The translations under genes and the position numbers were made by a program. Positions 1 to 13,020 of a DNA stretch of 64,000 nucleotides are shown piece after piece (position 1 is the stretch's first letter; the number at the start of each line of letters is the position of its first letter). The notes under the pieces are model-generated. The model did not search any database, was not told where the DNA came from, and worked only from the letters and a program-made list of their open reading frames with translations. Source of the stretch: Macrostomum lignano. Lineage: Eukaryota. Location of the stretch: contig NIVC01002505.1 in NCBI GenBank assembly GCA_002269645.1, positions 44,072 through 108,071 on the forward strand, written 5' to 3'.

Positions 1-738
1 CAGGTAAGTAGCAGGTATGAGAGAACTAGGTGTAAACTTATTTCTCAACAATACTTGAAATGCGTAATTGGCATCGTTTTCTTAGAGTTTCCATCAACTC
101 ACTCTCAATAGGGCAGCCTGTCAGACTGTCAACTCCCGTTACAGCGGATGCCGGAGACAGATGGATCTGCAGCTGCAGAGGCGTCAGAATGAACGGCACA
201 ATAAAGCGTTCGTCAGCGTTCGTGACCGGGAACTGAAGTTGAAGTAACGGAATTCGTTCTTGTCTTACATGTATTTATTAGTGGATCACTTTACTGCTAG
301 TTATATCAAATAAACAAACTGTGGCCCCGTTGGGGAGGCAACAAAGAATGAAATAGTTTTTTGATTAAAATGCTTATACGAGCTATTTTGGTCTTGTAAA
401 AGTCACTATAGTTTGTTTCTTGAGGAAAATTATGTCTTCAGCAAAGAAGCATCCGCCCTAACAGCCAGTTCTTCAGCTTAAGATATCAGCGACCCTTTTG
501 AGCTTTGACATCAAAAACTCCCTTTAAGCCATGGCTTAACTCACTCTAACTCTCTATTTGATTCTTGGCCTACCAATAACTCCCGATGGAGCCTTGATAT
601 CTGAGCAATCCCCTCCCTGAGCCTTGGCATCTTAGTGATTTCCCAAATAGGGGGCATGTCAGTTAAAAGTCTTGACTATTTCCTAAATTAGTTAAACGAA
701 AGTACATTTTGATTCAGGAAGCATATCGGCATCCTTAC

Positions 739-2222
739 CACGTAGAGACTCGAGTTCCAAGCGTGAGTAAGATTTTCAAACGGTTCACCGTGAATTTTCT
801 GGTAAGAGATCCAATAGCTGGGGTCGGATGAGAGACCGCGCAGCACAAAGCTAGTTAGATAATAGACTCGGGTGAAGTTCACCGATATCAGAGTCTCTTG
901 AGCCGTTTTAGTTACCAACGAAGTGTACTCGGTAGTCGCAATGTCAGGACAGGCTGTGGGATATATTCAGACATTTAAATGAAATAAAAGCAGGAATTAA
1001 AACTAACTTTAACAATACTGAGAAGAAGCAACTCGAATTTTGATTTTTACCAGTAGGACTTGGATAGCCGACCAGATCGAGTTGCAGTACGCAAGCCGTC
1101 TGGCAGCTGACCGCTTCAAAGAACGCCAATTGAGTCACCATGGAGGTGTTCAATGATACTAGGCTTGGAGTGCTGGCATCCGCGTAGGTCACGGAGAAGA
1201 TTTTCTAGGAAACAGTTAGGGGGTGACATTTTTAATGAACAGAGCGGATCCGTAGAGCGTCTTGTTTTTATTGAAATCTAAATTCGTTTCTTTAATCTAC
1301 CAAGGATGACAAAATTTGCTATCTACGACTACACAGACTTTTTGCCTTTTGACTTTATAAGATATTACAAGTACTTAAGACTGGCAAGAAAGCAAAGTTG
1401 CAGTGAAATTTCAATTGTTCCTACTTTTTTTCTTGAGTTCATTTTTTCTTTTTTTCGATTGAATACGAGGAACGAGCTAGATATTTTGATTAAAACTGCC
1501 GACAGTTGGGCAATGAAGTGTTAGTAGCAAAATCGAGCCCCTAGTAAATGAATACTCACCGGACTTATGCCGCTCATAAGGAACACAGTGGAGCCAGCGG
1601 TAAAGTAGGACTTCGTAGTTGAGTAGCCGGCCTTGAAGCTGGTCACTCGGCCCTGCGGACTCGTTGCACGCGACATGTTGCCGTAGACCAGAAATCCGGT
1701 CACCGTATAGTTGAATGGAAAGTAGATACTGACTAGCTTGTCAGTCAGATAGGCCCCCTGGATGAAAGGCCCTGTCGCTTTTGATGTGAACATCAACGAG
1801 TTCTGGAACTGGTTGGCAGCGGCAGCCTTCGGTATCGCCCAGGCTGACGGCATGTACCGACCCAGGCCGGCCGGGGACTGGCTGAGCTTGGCGAGCTGGT
1901 TGGCACCTGCCGGATGAGGCATAGCGATGGTTACTCCTAGCTTTACATGCCGTTTGTTTGTTCTTTCGCAAGCAGGATGGGAGCTTTGGGTAAATCAAGC
2001 TCTCAACATCTGATAATAAAACAGACAGACCCGAGTAGCCTGAATGCTAAATCTAGAGTGTTCCCTTCGGAAAACCAGATCTTCCTATATGTTGTAACAT
2101 GAATAGCTTAAGAATATTCAATGGTAATTGGGCTCAGAAAACTTACCAACGCTCTGAGCCATCACTGCCAATGGCGCCGAGGTCACCACGATCAGTAACA
2201 AGGCGGTCAAAGAAAGAATCAT
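739..2222 (-). CDS. Secreted protein with divergent discoidin / F5-8 type C-like domains; exons 2222-2147, 2009-1560, 1204-1051, 953-739, probably continuing at about 270-105 and off the window
   Basis: First exon reads MILSLTALLLIVVTSAPLAVMAQSV (signal-peptide-like) then GTAAGT. Downstream exons have AG/GT ends with consistent phases. Motifs SAW...VSIYFPFNYTVTGFLVYG...VTSFKAGYS, CVLQLDLVGYP and ISVNFTRVYYLTSFVLRG resemble F5/8C strands. Exon 2 needs a 1-nt frame change between about 1990 and 1930. Family call is by eye only. Confidence 0.55.
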
Positions 2223-3989
2223 GTCTTTGAGTTTTTGCTCAATGGAAGTCAGTTTTTGTTAGTAGGATATCAATGCTTATAATAAAGTTTTCAATGTCCT
2301 CGATTTGATGTGTGTGTAGATAGCAAATTATTTTCCCTATTTTATCCCGTTCTCCACTTGGGAGGGAGTCATTTGACGTTTGAAGAATTGCATGTAGTTG
2401 AGCTCCAATTGGTCAGCATTTTTTAATGTTTTGGACAGTAAAATTTTATTCTAACCTCCTTTATTTAGTCAGCAGCCAATGAAAAATGCAGATAACTGTA
2501 AATGTACGCTTCTAGCAATTGCATCGCCGAAAATTCAACCGGCACTGACGTAGTTGTTTATCAGTACCGGAATAAGTTTTGCCTGCCGATCCCCCAATTA
2601 ATTTTTGCGAAATTCATTTAATTGTTGTGGTAAGTTGCGGGGGACCAACTTCATGGGAAATGATGAGTGACGAATGACAGGTGATAAAAATTAGTAAAAT
2701 TTAGATTGCACAAAGAAATTTAGGGTTCTATGGGGAGCAAGGACTCTTATTATAAATTAGGTACTGTACATAGCTCGTACGCGTTGATTTATGGAGAGGT
2801 GAATGCTATTTTTTTATTCATTTTTGGCATTCTTTATAATTTGATAGGCCACATTGTTTGCTTAAATTTTCAGTTGGGATTTATGTGCACGTCCTTGACG
2901 TACAGATTGGCAGCCTCCCTCCGGCTCTGAGCCAGGGGCCAATGGTGCCGCCGGACGTGCTCTTGTGCATCAACTATTAAATGGCTGTCTAGTTGCCGAA
3001 CGCCATCGGAGACGTTTGAATTGCCAGCCGTCGAGAACTCCGGCTGGAGCCTCGACTTCTGGCTTCTCCATCGCGCACGGCACCCAATAGTGCAAATGCA
3101 AGCTACCGAGGAAAAAAGGAGAAGGAGGGCGTCCAGGACTCAAACCGCGGCTGGCCAAACAGATTTGGTTTGGCAGCTTCAATTCCTGCACTCCTGTAGG
3201 CTGCACGAGCTCTGATGGATTGTGGCCTACGTTTGGTGTCGATCCTTGCAAGGACACCGTAAAAACAAACTCGAGAGTGGTGACCTTTAAATGGCTGGCA
3301 ACTCAAGGCTGCGTCACCTACCCAAGTGATAGTATTGGGCACGTCTAATCTTTTACTCTCTCAAACAGACGCATCACATCATCTGTATGAGAGCGTATCT
3401 ACATGTACGCACCTACCATGCAGCCAACGCACTATTGCTCTTACGAGATAATTCTACTGAAACTGAGGGCCTATCAAATCATTGGCAACGTCCTCGACTA
3501 CATTCAAGCCCTGGTCAATTCAGACCTGGTCTTCATTCTAGAATACTACTCCCCGCTGCCAGCTGGAAATGTTTCAGATTTCTCTCTAGGTGGGCAGACC
3601 TCCGCAACCCCAAGACTAGGCCAAAACAACGTTCACAAAGTTTTGAGCGCCATGCATTCAGCCCTGATGATTTGGCTGAGTCGTTTCATCAATTGGCTTC
3701 GAGTCTGCCGCTTCTAGTCTTCCAAGACGTTCTGTGCATCGACCAAAGGCGATCTGGAACTCGGAACCCGAGATCTCACCTCGCCAGAGACGCCGCTTCG
3801 AGAGCGCTGTGGCTCGAAACCGACCAGAAAGTGCATATATGTGGCGATCAGATGGGCTGCACGCGCCCCTTCGAGGAGTTCCAACGCATCTATGCTGTGA
3901 CTTTATATGTACAGTAAAGTTGAGTCTGTCGCTAAGATCCATTCAGAGATCTATACACTTGCAGGCATACTCGTACCACTGCTTGACGA

Positions 3990-4059
3990 GCCATCAACAA
4001 TTCCCAAGCAAGGACCACTAAAAAATTCTAGTGGTCCTTGCTTGGGAATTGTTGATGGC
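3990..4059. repeat. Perfect 31-bp inverted repeat with 8-nt loop
   Basis: gccatcaacaattcccaagcaaggaccacta (3990-4020), loop aaaaattc, then the exact reverse complement at 4029-4059. Confidence 0.95.
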
Positions 4060-4932
4060 ACGAGACCCAGGTGAAACGCCGTTGTTAGCGCCGTGTTGGG
4101 GATCAGAGAGGCGCCCTGGCATCTTAATACCAAAAAGTTCTCACTGTCCCCATTTCTGATGAAGAACCAAATTCATCCAAAATCCGCAGCAGCACAATTT
4201 CAAAGTCTAGCAAATTTCTTTGACTGCAACGTTCGTCAAATGCTGACGACGACCAACCCAATCGACTGCAGACACAGAGACTGGAGCCGATATATGAGGT
4301 GCCTCCTCGCGTGATCAAAGCTGAACTTTATCACGTCTGTACGATAAAACGTACATGTATGAACGTGTTAAAAAACAACTGTCTTGGAATAAAATTCCTG
4401 AAGGCGCGCACTGCACACCTTTGCTCTGGTGCACCTCAAAAATTAAATTTCCATCCCGAAAGGAAAGAGCTCTCGCTCGACTAATCTTGAGAAACAACGC
4501 ATTATCGCGCCTTCAATTCAATATGGCAAAGCTGCTCAACGATCCATAGAGAAATTTTACAAAACGATTACCCCAAATAGATTTCCTGAATTAACCACAG
4601 TTTTGACCACAGATACTAGAATATTTTACTATTCTTACTATCTGTGGTTATTTATTTTTTGCGATCTATTTTCGTCTCTTGTGTACTTTTTTATTTTATT
4701 ATTTTACAATCTGTGGTTCCGACTGGATTCCAATAAAAATATTCTTTATTGGATTCCAATGACAGGTTTTTTTCAGTTGGCGGCTACCATAATGGTAAAT
4801 GTTATTGAAAATGAATAAATTGATGAAATAAACTTGCGTTTATATAATAAAAAAATTTACGCAAGTCTGCCTTACATGTCGGAATTAGATTGGTTATAAT
4901 TTGTGCTACCGTAAAATAATTTTCTTTTTCTT

Positions 4933-5310
4933 GGGTCTCCCTAAAACACGCCCCGCACCGCCCTGCAGCGCTACACATTAAAACAAATTGGACTATAACT
5001 GAAGACACTTCAAAATGCGTTTTCTGTTAAGCTTCAAAGTTTTTATTAAATTCAGTTTTTTTACTATGAAATATAAAATTCGGTGAATAATAAGTGATAT
5101 TATTAATAATATTAATAAAAATAATAATATAATTTAATAATGAAAACGAGAATATAAAAAAATAATAACAATATTTATAATAATAATTAAAGATATTTAT
5201 TCCATTACTCGTACAACAAATAGTTTTCTTTTCAATCAAATACTGCGTTGACAAAAATGTTATAATGTGTAGCGGTTCGGGGCGGGGCGGTGCGTGTTTT
5301 AGGGAGACCC
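4933..5310. mobile_element. Non-autonomous TIR element (Mutator/MULE-type MITE)
   Basis: Termini gggtctccctaaaacacgc / gcgtgttttagggagaccc, with imperfect TIR extending about 70 bp. Identical 9-bp flanks ctttttctt at 4924-4932 and 5311-5319. AT-rich interior. Confidence 0.85.
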
Positions 5311-5900
5311 CTTTTTCTTTCTACGAAATTAAAACCAATTACTCTCTTTGAGTCTTTATGTAAAAGTATATTAAGCTAGCCATAGCGATTTTGCAGCCAG
5401 CTCTGAGGCCGCGAAGTCCGGACGTTGACAGGAAAAACAGAATTTTATGGCCTATTCGCTTTTTCCCAGTTTAATCAACCGCTTTGGGGAGCTAAATAGT
5501 CTGTGAAAATTTATTTCTCTTTGGTGAATATTTCTACAATATGCTATATAGGCCTAAAACTTTGCCTTTGTAAAACCTCTAGGCTCCACTCATTAGGCCT
5601 AAGTCAAATTTTCCATGTATGTTCATTTCAATTTCAATATGGTTTTAAGCCTTTCTGTCTTATCCAATTATTAAATAATTAACAATGTTTAACAGTTGTT
5701 AAACAAAGAGGGAACCTGGGGCAACCCACATATCAGCCCAGAGAAGGGATCTGCCACTTAGTTAGGTATAGGGCCATACTACCAGGGGCTGAAGCCTGAG
5801 AGGCCCAGATTGAGACCAGGACTTAAGGCCTGGTCACCCTGGGGAGCCTTATTGGATGCTATGCTATTGCCTATTATATTAACCTAAGCTAAGCCTATGC

Positions 5901-6403
5901 CATAGTCTGGATCATGCTGGGTACATGCCCAAACAAAAATTGAATAATTACAAATGCATGCCAGAAAAAATGTAGTGCATGCCGATTCTCTAAAATATGC
6001 TGGTGTTGCAACAATAAATGACCTTTTTTACATTGTGACACTAAAGTAATTCTTTCAAATTGTGTAATAGACCCGTATTACCAGATAATTTGGTTGCTTT
6101 TTTTATGCTTTTTCGGTGATACTATTTTATGGCAAAAAGTTAATACATGCAAAAATTTGTTTAAATGCTCTTTTACAAGCTAAAAAAACAGGAAAGCTTG
6201 AAATTTGGACTTAAAAATGAACTTTGTTCATCTTTTTTCTACTTCACAATTACTCTTACGCGTGATTCCATAAAGTGCATGCCAGTTGTGCACGCATACT
6301 CTCTTCTTAGGAGTAATGCACGCCAACTGTGCACGCCTAATTTTGGCATGCAAGGCAATGCACGCCCAAATTTTCGGGCATATACTACATGATCCAGAGT
6401 GTG
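5901..6403. mobile_element. Old degenerate TIR element
   Basis: catagtctggatcatg at 5901 versus the reverse complement of 6388-6403 (cacactctggatcatg), 14/16 identical; a similar motif at about 8208; interior tgcacgcc repeats. No clear TSD. Confidence 0.4.
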
Positions 6404-6817
6404 GAGCCTATAGACTAAGACACTGCCAACCCATAGTGTAATCAAGGACAGTGCAAGGACTGATCCACACAAGCCACACCTAGCAACAAAACCCAAGTGT
6501 GTACAAAAAAACAATTTGGAGTTTAAAAAAAACTTTGGAAAAATATTGGAAAGTGGTCCAAAAGCAGAAAGACCTAAGTCATCATTATTTTTAGAGATGA
6601 AAGCCAAAGACACAAAAGCAGGGAGACAGCTAGAGGAGCCAACAAATAGACCAAGGGAGCAGATAGAATCACAAAGGCAAAATCTATCAACTGCTAGTAT
6701 TGGGCAACTCAAATGCCAAATAAAACTAAATAAAAGCAAAGGATAAAAACACAAAGAAGTTGCAGAGGCTAGGCCTATAGAGGAGGATCACAGGATCTCT
6801 GGGGCTTAGCCTCAGGG

Positions 6818-7660
6818 TAGGGATTCCAAAATCCCGACATTTTACAATCCCGGGATTGAATAGTCCCGAAATCCCGATGCTGTTGAAATCCTAGGATTCA
6901 AAATCCCAGAATCCCGGTGCTTTTGCAATCCCGGGATTCAAATCCCGGATTTTTGGGCCCAATCCCGGGATCCCTAAGACAGACTGTGCGGCATGCCGCG
7001 TGCAGTAGTCATGGTCTCGCGACTCTCAGAGTCTCAGGGCCTTTTCATATTACCAATTCCAGAACCAGAATCGGTTCGGAATTCCAAGAAAAACAGCAGT
7101 ATAACTATTAAACTCTGTTAATATTTGACTGCCTTAACAGCCTCACTTTGCACGATTTTTCACTTTCTTCTTGGCAATTGTCATTCAATAATAAAAACTT
7201 TATAGCACGTATCTCCTCTAGTTATAGAGACAAAAAGTTATACTTCACAAATTGGTTCTCGTTCTGGAACCAGAACAAGCAATATGAAAAGGCCCTCTTG
7301 TCTCGTGTGGAAAAAGAAAAAAAGTTAAAATTATCTATCATTTACAGTTCACATTAACAATTTTTGGCTCAATTAGCAAATGTTTAACGTTTCATTGAGA
7401 AAAAGCAAAAAAAAATAAATGTTTTATTATTTGAATAAACGTTTAGACTTTAAATTATCTAATTTAGGCATTGAAAGGTTGTTCTAATCCCGGACCAATC
7501 CCGGGATTAAGGCCTTGAAATCCCAGGATCCCGATCCCAGACTTTTGCAATCCCAGGATTAAAAATCCCATGATTCGATTCCCTAAAAAATCCTGGGATT
7601 CAAATCCCAGATTTTTGGCCCCAATCCCGGGATCCCAGGATCCCGGGATTGGAATCCCTA
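6818..7660. mobile_element. Non-autonomous hAT-type element
   Basis: TIR tagggattccaa / ttggaatcccta; 8-bp TSD cctcaggg at 6810-6817 and 7661-7668; many subterminal atcccgggat motifs. Confidence 0.9.
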
Positions 7661-9022
7661 CCTCAGGGTTGGCATTAATTGGGCTCTACTATACACTTTT
7701 GTGAATGGTCATCTTTCCTGCAGGGCAAGTGCAACCAGGGGGCTTAAGTCCCTTTAGTTGTCTTTTAGTTAGTGATACATGATAGCCTAAAACTTGCTTA
7801 TAGTTATACTTTAATATACCTATTTGGAATATTGGAATATTGGCCTATTGGAATTGGCATTGTAGACCTACTCAATAAAAAGTAGGGATAGATAGCAATG
7901 TTTCAATAGGCCTACTTTTCTAAAATAAGTATCACCTAATACCTCAAACTCTAATACCCAAATTTAAGTATGATCAATATCCTAGGCCTAATTCTAAACT
8001 TTATTCCAATACCTGGTCCTGTTTTTGTAAAAAGCAATATTATTAGCAAATAAAAAATATATAGCAATACTACATTTGTTTTGTTTAGTAAGTTATTTTG
8101 ACCTTAAATTTATTCTCAATTCTTTGAATTTCTAAAGTGAAACAAAGTTACAAACACTAACAAATATGTAGATGCTAGACATGTAGGCATTTTTGTTGAG
8201 GTGAGCTATAGTCAGGATCATGGCACACCTGTACTGGAACAAATCCTATCAAAAAAGTTTGATTGCACTGTGCACTAGAACTATTCTTATAAAAAATTTT
8301 GCTTACACTGGGTGCTGGAACTTTTTTTGTAAAAAATGCAAGAACACATAAAACAATATTTTTTGTTTAAAAACTACTATTAAAATTTGTATTTGAATCT
8401 GTTTGATTGAAAATACTTACCAAAGCATTTACCAATGAAAACAAAAGTATTGGATTGCCATATGTGTATAATTTAAGTTTACCATCTCCTAGATTTTTAA
8501 GCCAATGCAAAAAGAGCATGCTCAGCATTAGTTTAAATTAAGAAACCTTCAATAAAACTTAAGATCAACTTATTGTGATTTATATCAGAAGCTAGACTTT
8601 TAGTTTTATTTTGGTACATCAAAATGTTAGTCCTAATATGTTAATTAGCAAAACTATTTTGAAGGAATAAAAGTAAAGTCTTATCTTGGAAGTTATATTA
8701 GCATTAGTAGAAGCATTGCATAAAAATTTGTTGAATATAATATATATTTTACAATTGAAATGAGATTTTGGTAGACTTCTGCTCCATAAATGCTCAAAAT
8801 AACATTATTCTAGCATGGAAAAGATAAGAAGGTAGACGGCCTGCTTGGCAGCAAATGTGTGTGACTCCCATAACCCTTTGATTTGATTTTGTACATGGCC
8901 ATGAAAGTGTGTCTGTGTACAGGTATTGGCAAACTTGTATGTAGCTACTCATGAGTCAGTGGAATAAGTAGAAATTGCCCATATTTAGAAATCTGTACTT
9001 CTACAAAAAACTGCATGTGCTT

Positions 9023-12000
9023 ATGGAAGTAGAAGAGGCTGCTGCATCTTCAGGGACAGCGGCAGCGCCTGCTAATAGCAACAGTGCCAGCAGCAAAGAT
9101 GTCCGCAGGAGCAATCGAGGCAAAGGCAAGTTGGAACGCGGCTCCGAGGATAAAATTGAAACCTACAAAGTTGCTGGAGTTGAGTACACGGCCGGCGAGT
9201 GCTGCTACATTGAAGATGTCAATCGAGGCGGCAACGAGCCCTATTTGATTAGCATTATCGAAGAGTTTCGCATCACTAGGCGAGACACAACCAATGTTCA
9301 CGTGAGAACTTACTACAGACTTCACGATGTCCCGGATGCCAGCTATCAGGCGCTTCGAGACCGCGAGTCCGAAGGTTTCACCGGCTGCCGAGACGACCTA
9401 TTCCCTAATCGAGAGATCAAATTTAGAGAGCTGTTCATTAGCGACGTGTCTGAAGCCTTTCCAACCGCTTGGCTCCGAGGCAAGTGCTCGGTGATCCACT
9501 ATCCGGATTTGCGCTCAGCTGTGACCAACTTCAAGCTGGAGCCGGACACTTTCTTTTACATATTCACTTACAATCCGAGACACGGAGGCTGTCATCTACT
9601 AAAGCTGAGATTCATGTCGGGCCCTCCTATCAAGCTGAGCTGCCTGACTACCAGTCTGAGGTGAGGCTGCTCGTGTCTGGAGCTATTATTTTCTTAAGCT
9701 AATTCTTTGGTTCAACCTCTGGTCCCTATCTTCCTCTACCTCATGCTCCTCTACCCCTGTCTACCTCTACCTCATGCTCCTCTACCTCTGTCTACCTCTA
9801 CTTCATGCTCCTCTACCCCTGTCTACCTCTACCTCATGCTCCTCTACCCCTGTCTACCTCTACTTCATGCTCCTCTACCCCTATCTTCCTCTACCTCATG
9901 CTCCTCTACCCCTGTCTACCTCTACCTCATGCTCCTCTACCCCTGTCTACCTCTACTTCATGCTCCTCTACCCCTGTCTACCTCTACCTCATGCTCCTCT
10001 ACCCCTGTCTACCTCTACTTCATGCTCCTCTACCCCTGTCTACCTCTACCTCATGCTCCTCTACCCCTGTCTACCTCTACCTCATGCTCCTCTACCCCTG
10101 TCTACCTCTACTTCATGCTCCTCTACCCCTATCTTCCTCTACCCCATGCTCCTCTACCCCATGCTCCTCTACCCCATGCTCCTCTACCCCTATCTACCTC
10201 TACCCCATTCTCCTCTACCCCTATCTACCTCTACCCCATGCTTCTCTACCCCTATCTTCCTCTACCCCATGCTCCTCTACCCCATGCTCCTCTACCCCAT
10301 GCTCCTCTACCCCTATCTACCTCTACCCCATGCTCCTCTACCCCTATCTACCTCTACCCCATGCTTCTCTACCCCTATCTACCTCTACCCCTATCTACCT
10401 CTACCCCATGCTCCTCTACCCCTATCTACCTCTACCCCATGCTCCTCTACCCCTATCTACCTCTACCCCATGCTCCTCTACCCCTATCTACCTCTACCCC
10501 ATGCTCCTCTACCCCATGCTCCTCTACCCCTATCTACCTCTACCCATGCTCCTCTACCCCTGTCTACCTCTACCTCATGCTCCTCTACCCCTGTCTTCCT
10601 CTACCTCATGCTCCTCTACCCCTGTCTACCTCTACCTCATGCTCCTCTACCCCTGTCTACCTCTACTTCATGCTCCTCTACCCCTATCTTCCTCTACCTC
10701 ATGCTCCTCTACCCCTGTCTACCTCTACCTCATGCTCCTCTACCCCTGTCTACCTCTACCTCATGCTCCTCTACCCCTGTCTACCTCTACCTCATGCTCC
10801 TCTACCCCTGTCTACCTCTACCTCATGCTTCTCTACCCCTGTCTTCATCTACCTCTATCTCCCCCTACCCATTTTCACTCTATATCTCTCTCATTCCAAC
10901 TCACACAGCTGCCGCACATGCACGCCATCGCTGACGAGACCGGTCGAGTCTGGGAGACACAGCGCTGGCTGCCCGACCAGTTAGACGATGAGGAGCTCAG
11001 CATGTACGTGAAAGCAGCCAGATCTCTGGCCGCCTTCTCCGGCTTCTGCGATCTGGGCAGCGCGCAGGAGGGCCAAACCTCGGCTGATATGGACAGAACT
11101 GCCCAGCTGGCGATGGACGTGCTGCACGATCTGGACTATGATGTTCGACTGGCCCTGAAGGTTTGCTAGCTCAGCGTGTTGGTTTCTGGGAGAATTGGGA
11201 TCTTAAGGAAGGTGATACGGGTGTTGCTAGGGCGATTTGGGATCTTGGGGAAGGTGGATACGGGTGTTGCTATGGAAAATTGGGATCTTGGGGAGGTCGG
11301 ATACGGGTGTTGCTAGGGCGATTTGGGATCTTGGGGAAGATGAATACGGGTGTTGCTAGGGAGAATTGGGATCTTGGGGAAGATGGATACGGGTGTTGCT
11401 TGGGAGAATTGGGATCTTAAGGAAGGTGATACGGGTGTTGCTAGGGCGATTTGGGATCTTGGGGAAGGTGGATACGGGTGTTGCTATGGAGAATTGGGAT
11501 CTTGGGGAGGTCGCATACAGGTGTTGTTCGGGCGAGTTGGGATCTCGAAAAAATGTATGAACAAGACAGTTGGGAGAAATCGAGTCAAAATACGGGTCTG
11601 CTTGCCCTGCAAAGACTTAAATGCGAGTCCCCATATATAAAACTAAATCCCAAAATATCCTACTAATCCCCCAGGTGCTAGTCCGCAATCCCCAGCTCGG
11701 CGAGTCCGCCGGGCCCACCGGTTGGACGCACGAGTGCGTTCGCAAATTTCAAAAAGGAATTCGTCAATACGGCAAAAATTTCTTTCGAATCCGACGCGAA
11801 CTGTTCCCGGAGAGGCGGGTGAGCCAGCTGGTGGAGTTTTATTATCTGTGGAAGAAGTCGTCCTCTTGTCCTCCGAGTGTCCGCTCGGTTCGGCGGGCTA
11901 ATAACACCAACAGTTCGTCGGCGAACGCCACTGCCGCTGCCGCCGCTTCAGCTGCGGCTGTTGGCGCGGCCTCTTCGTCGACCATTTCGGCTGCGGCGGC

Positions 12001-12948
12001 CGCTACGGCAGCCAGCAATGGCGGCTGCAATTCGCCAGCTCCTAGTTGTTCGTCGCGAAGTTGCGCATCGAACAAAGACGATGACGCCACGATGCTGGAG
12101 GATGGCAGCGGGGGCGGCGGTGCTGCTTCGGGAGCGGCAGCGGCTGGCGTCGGCGACGATGATAACAGCTGTTTAACGACGGTTCCGGCGAATTGTCGCA
12201 ATTGCGACCGGTCGCTTGAAGAGGCGGCTGGCTCGGCTGTTGCTGGCAGCGGCGGCGCCAGGGACCCGCTGTGCCCGGAGTGCCGGCTGTTCTATCAGAA
12301 GTACGGCGAGGACCGACCGTGCGGTCGATCGGACGACGAGGACGAAGACGAAGACGACACGTCGGCAGACGACTCGACGGAGGACGAGGAAGAGGAGGAT
12401 GACGGTAGGAGAAGCTCAAGCAGCAGCGGCAGCTGCAGCGAGGTGAAGTCTTCTGCTCCTGGCCCTGCTGCTTCTACCGATGTTGAAGCTTCGACAGTGG
12501 CGACCGCATCCACTGTTCAGTCGTCCGCAGTCTTGGCGAAGCTGACAACAGCAACTACTACTACTAGTACGGCAGCTGCTGCGGTGTCCAGCAGCAACGC
12601 CTCTGGCGCTGCAGCCGCTGGTTCATTGAAGTCGCCGCCGCCTCCGCAGGCGACGCTAACACAGCCTCCGGTAGTGTGCAGTCCGCCGCCGGTGCCCTGC
12701 CAACTGCCGAATGCATTCAACAGTCCCAACTGTAGCATGCAACGCGTCTGGATACGCAGCGGCGGCGCCAACTCTTGCGCTAGGACCGATTTACAGTTTG
12801 CGCCAATGCGCAAGAGCAAGTACGCCGAAGTGCTGGTTGCTAACCAGCAGAAAGCTAAAAGACAGCAGTCGCAGCAGCACACTCAATCGCCTGTACCGAC
12901 ATCTGCTGCCACGTCGTCGTCTGCCGCTGATGCAGAGTACCGAAAGAT

Positions 12949-13020
<72 letters not shown>

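Noticed and set aside
3403-3717. LINE reverse transcriptase similarity (LLKLRAYQIIGNVLDYI)
   Set aside because: The flanking KAFD and GVPQG motifs are absent; the resemblance is too short.
9707-11169. Three overlapping 386-454 aa ORFs
   Set aside because: Translations of the 31-bp minisatellite; only the last 84 codons (10909-11160) are a real exon.
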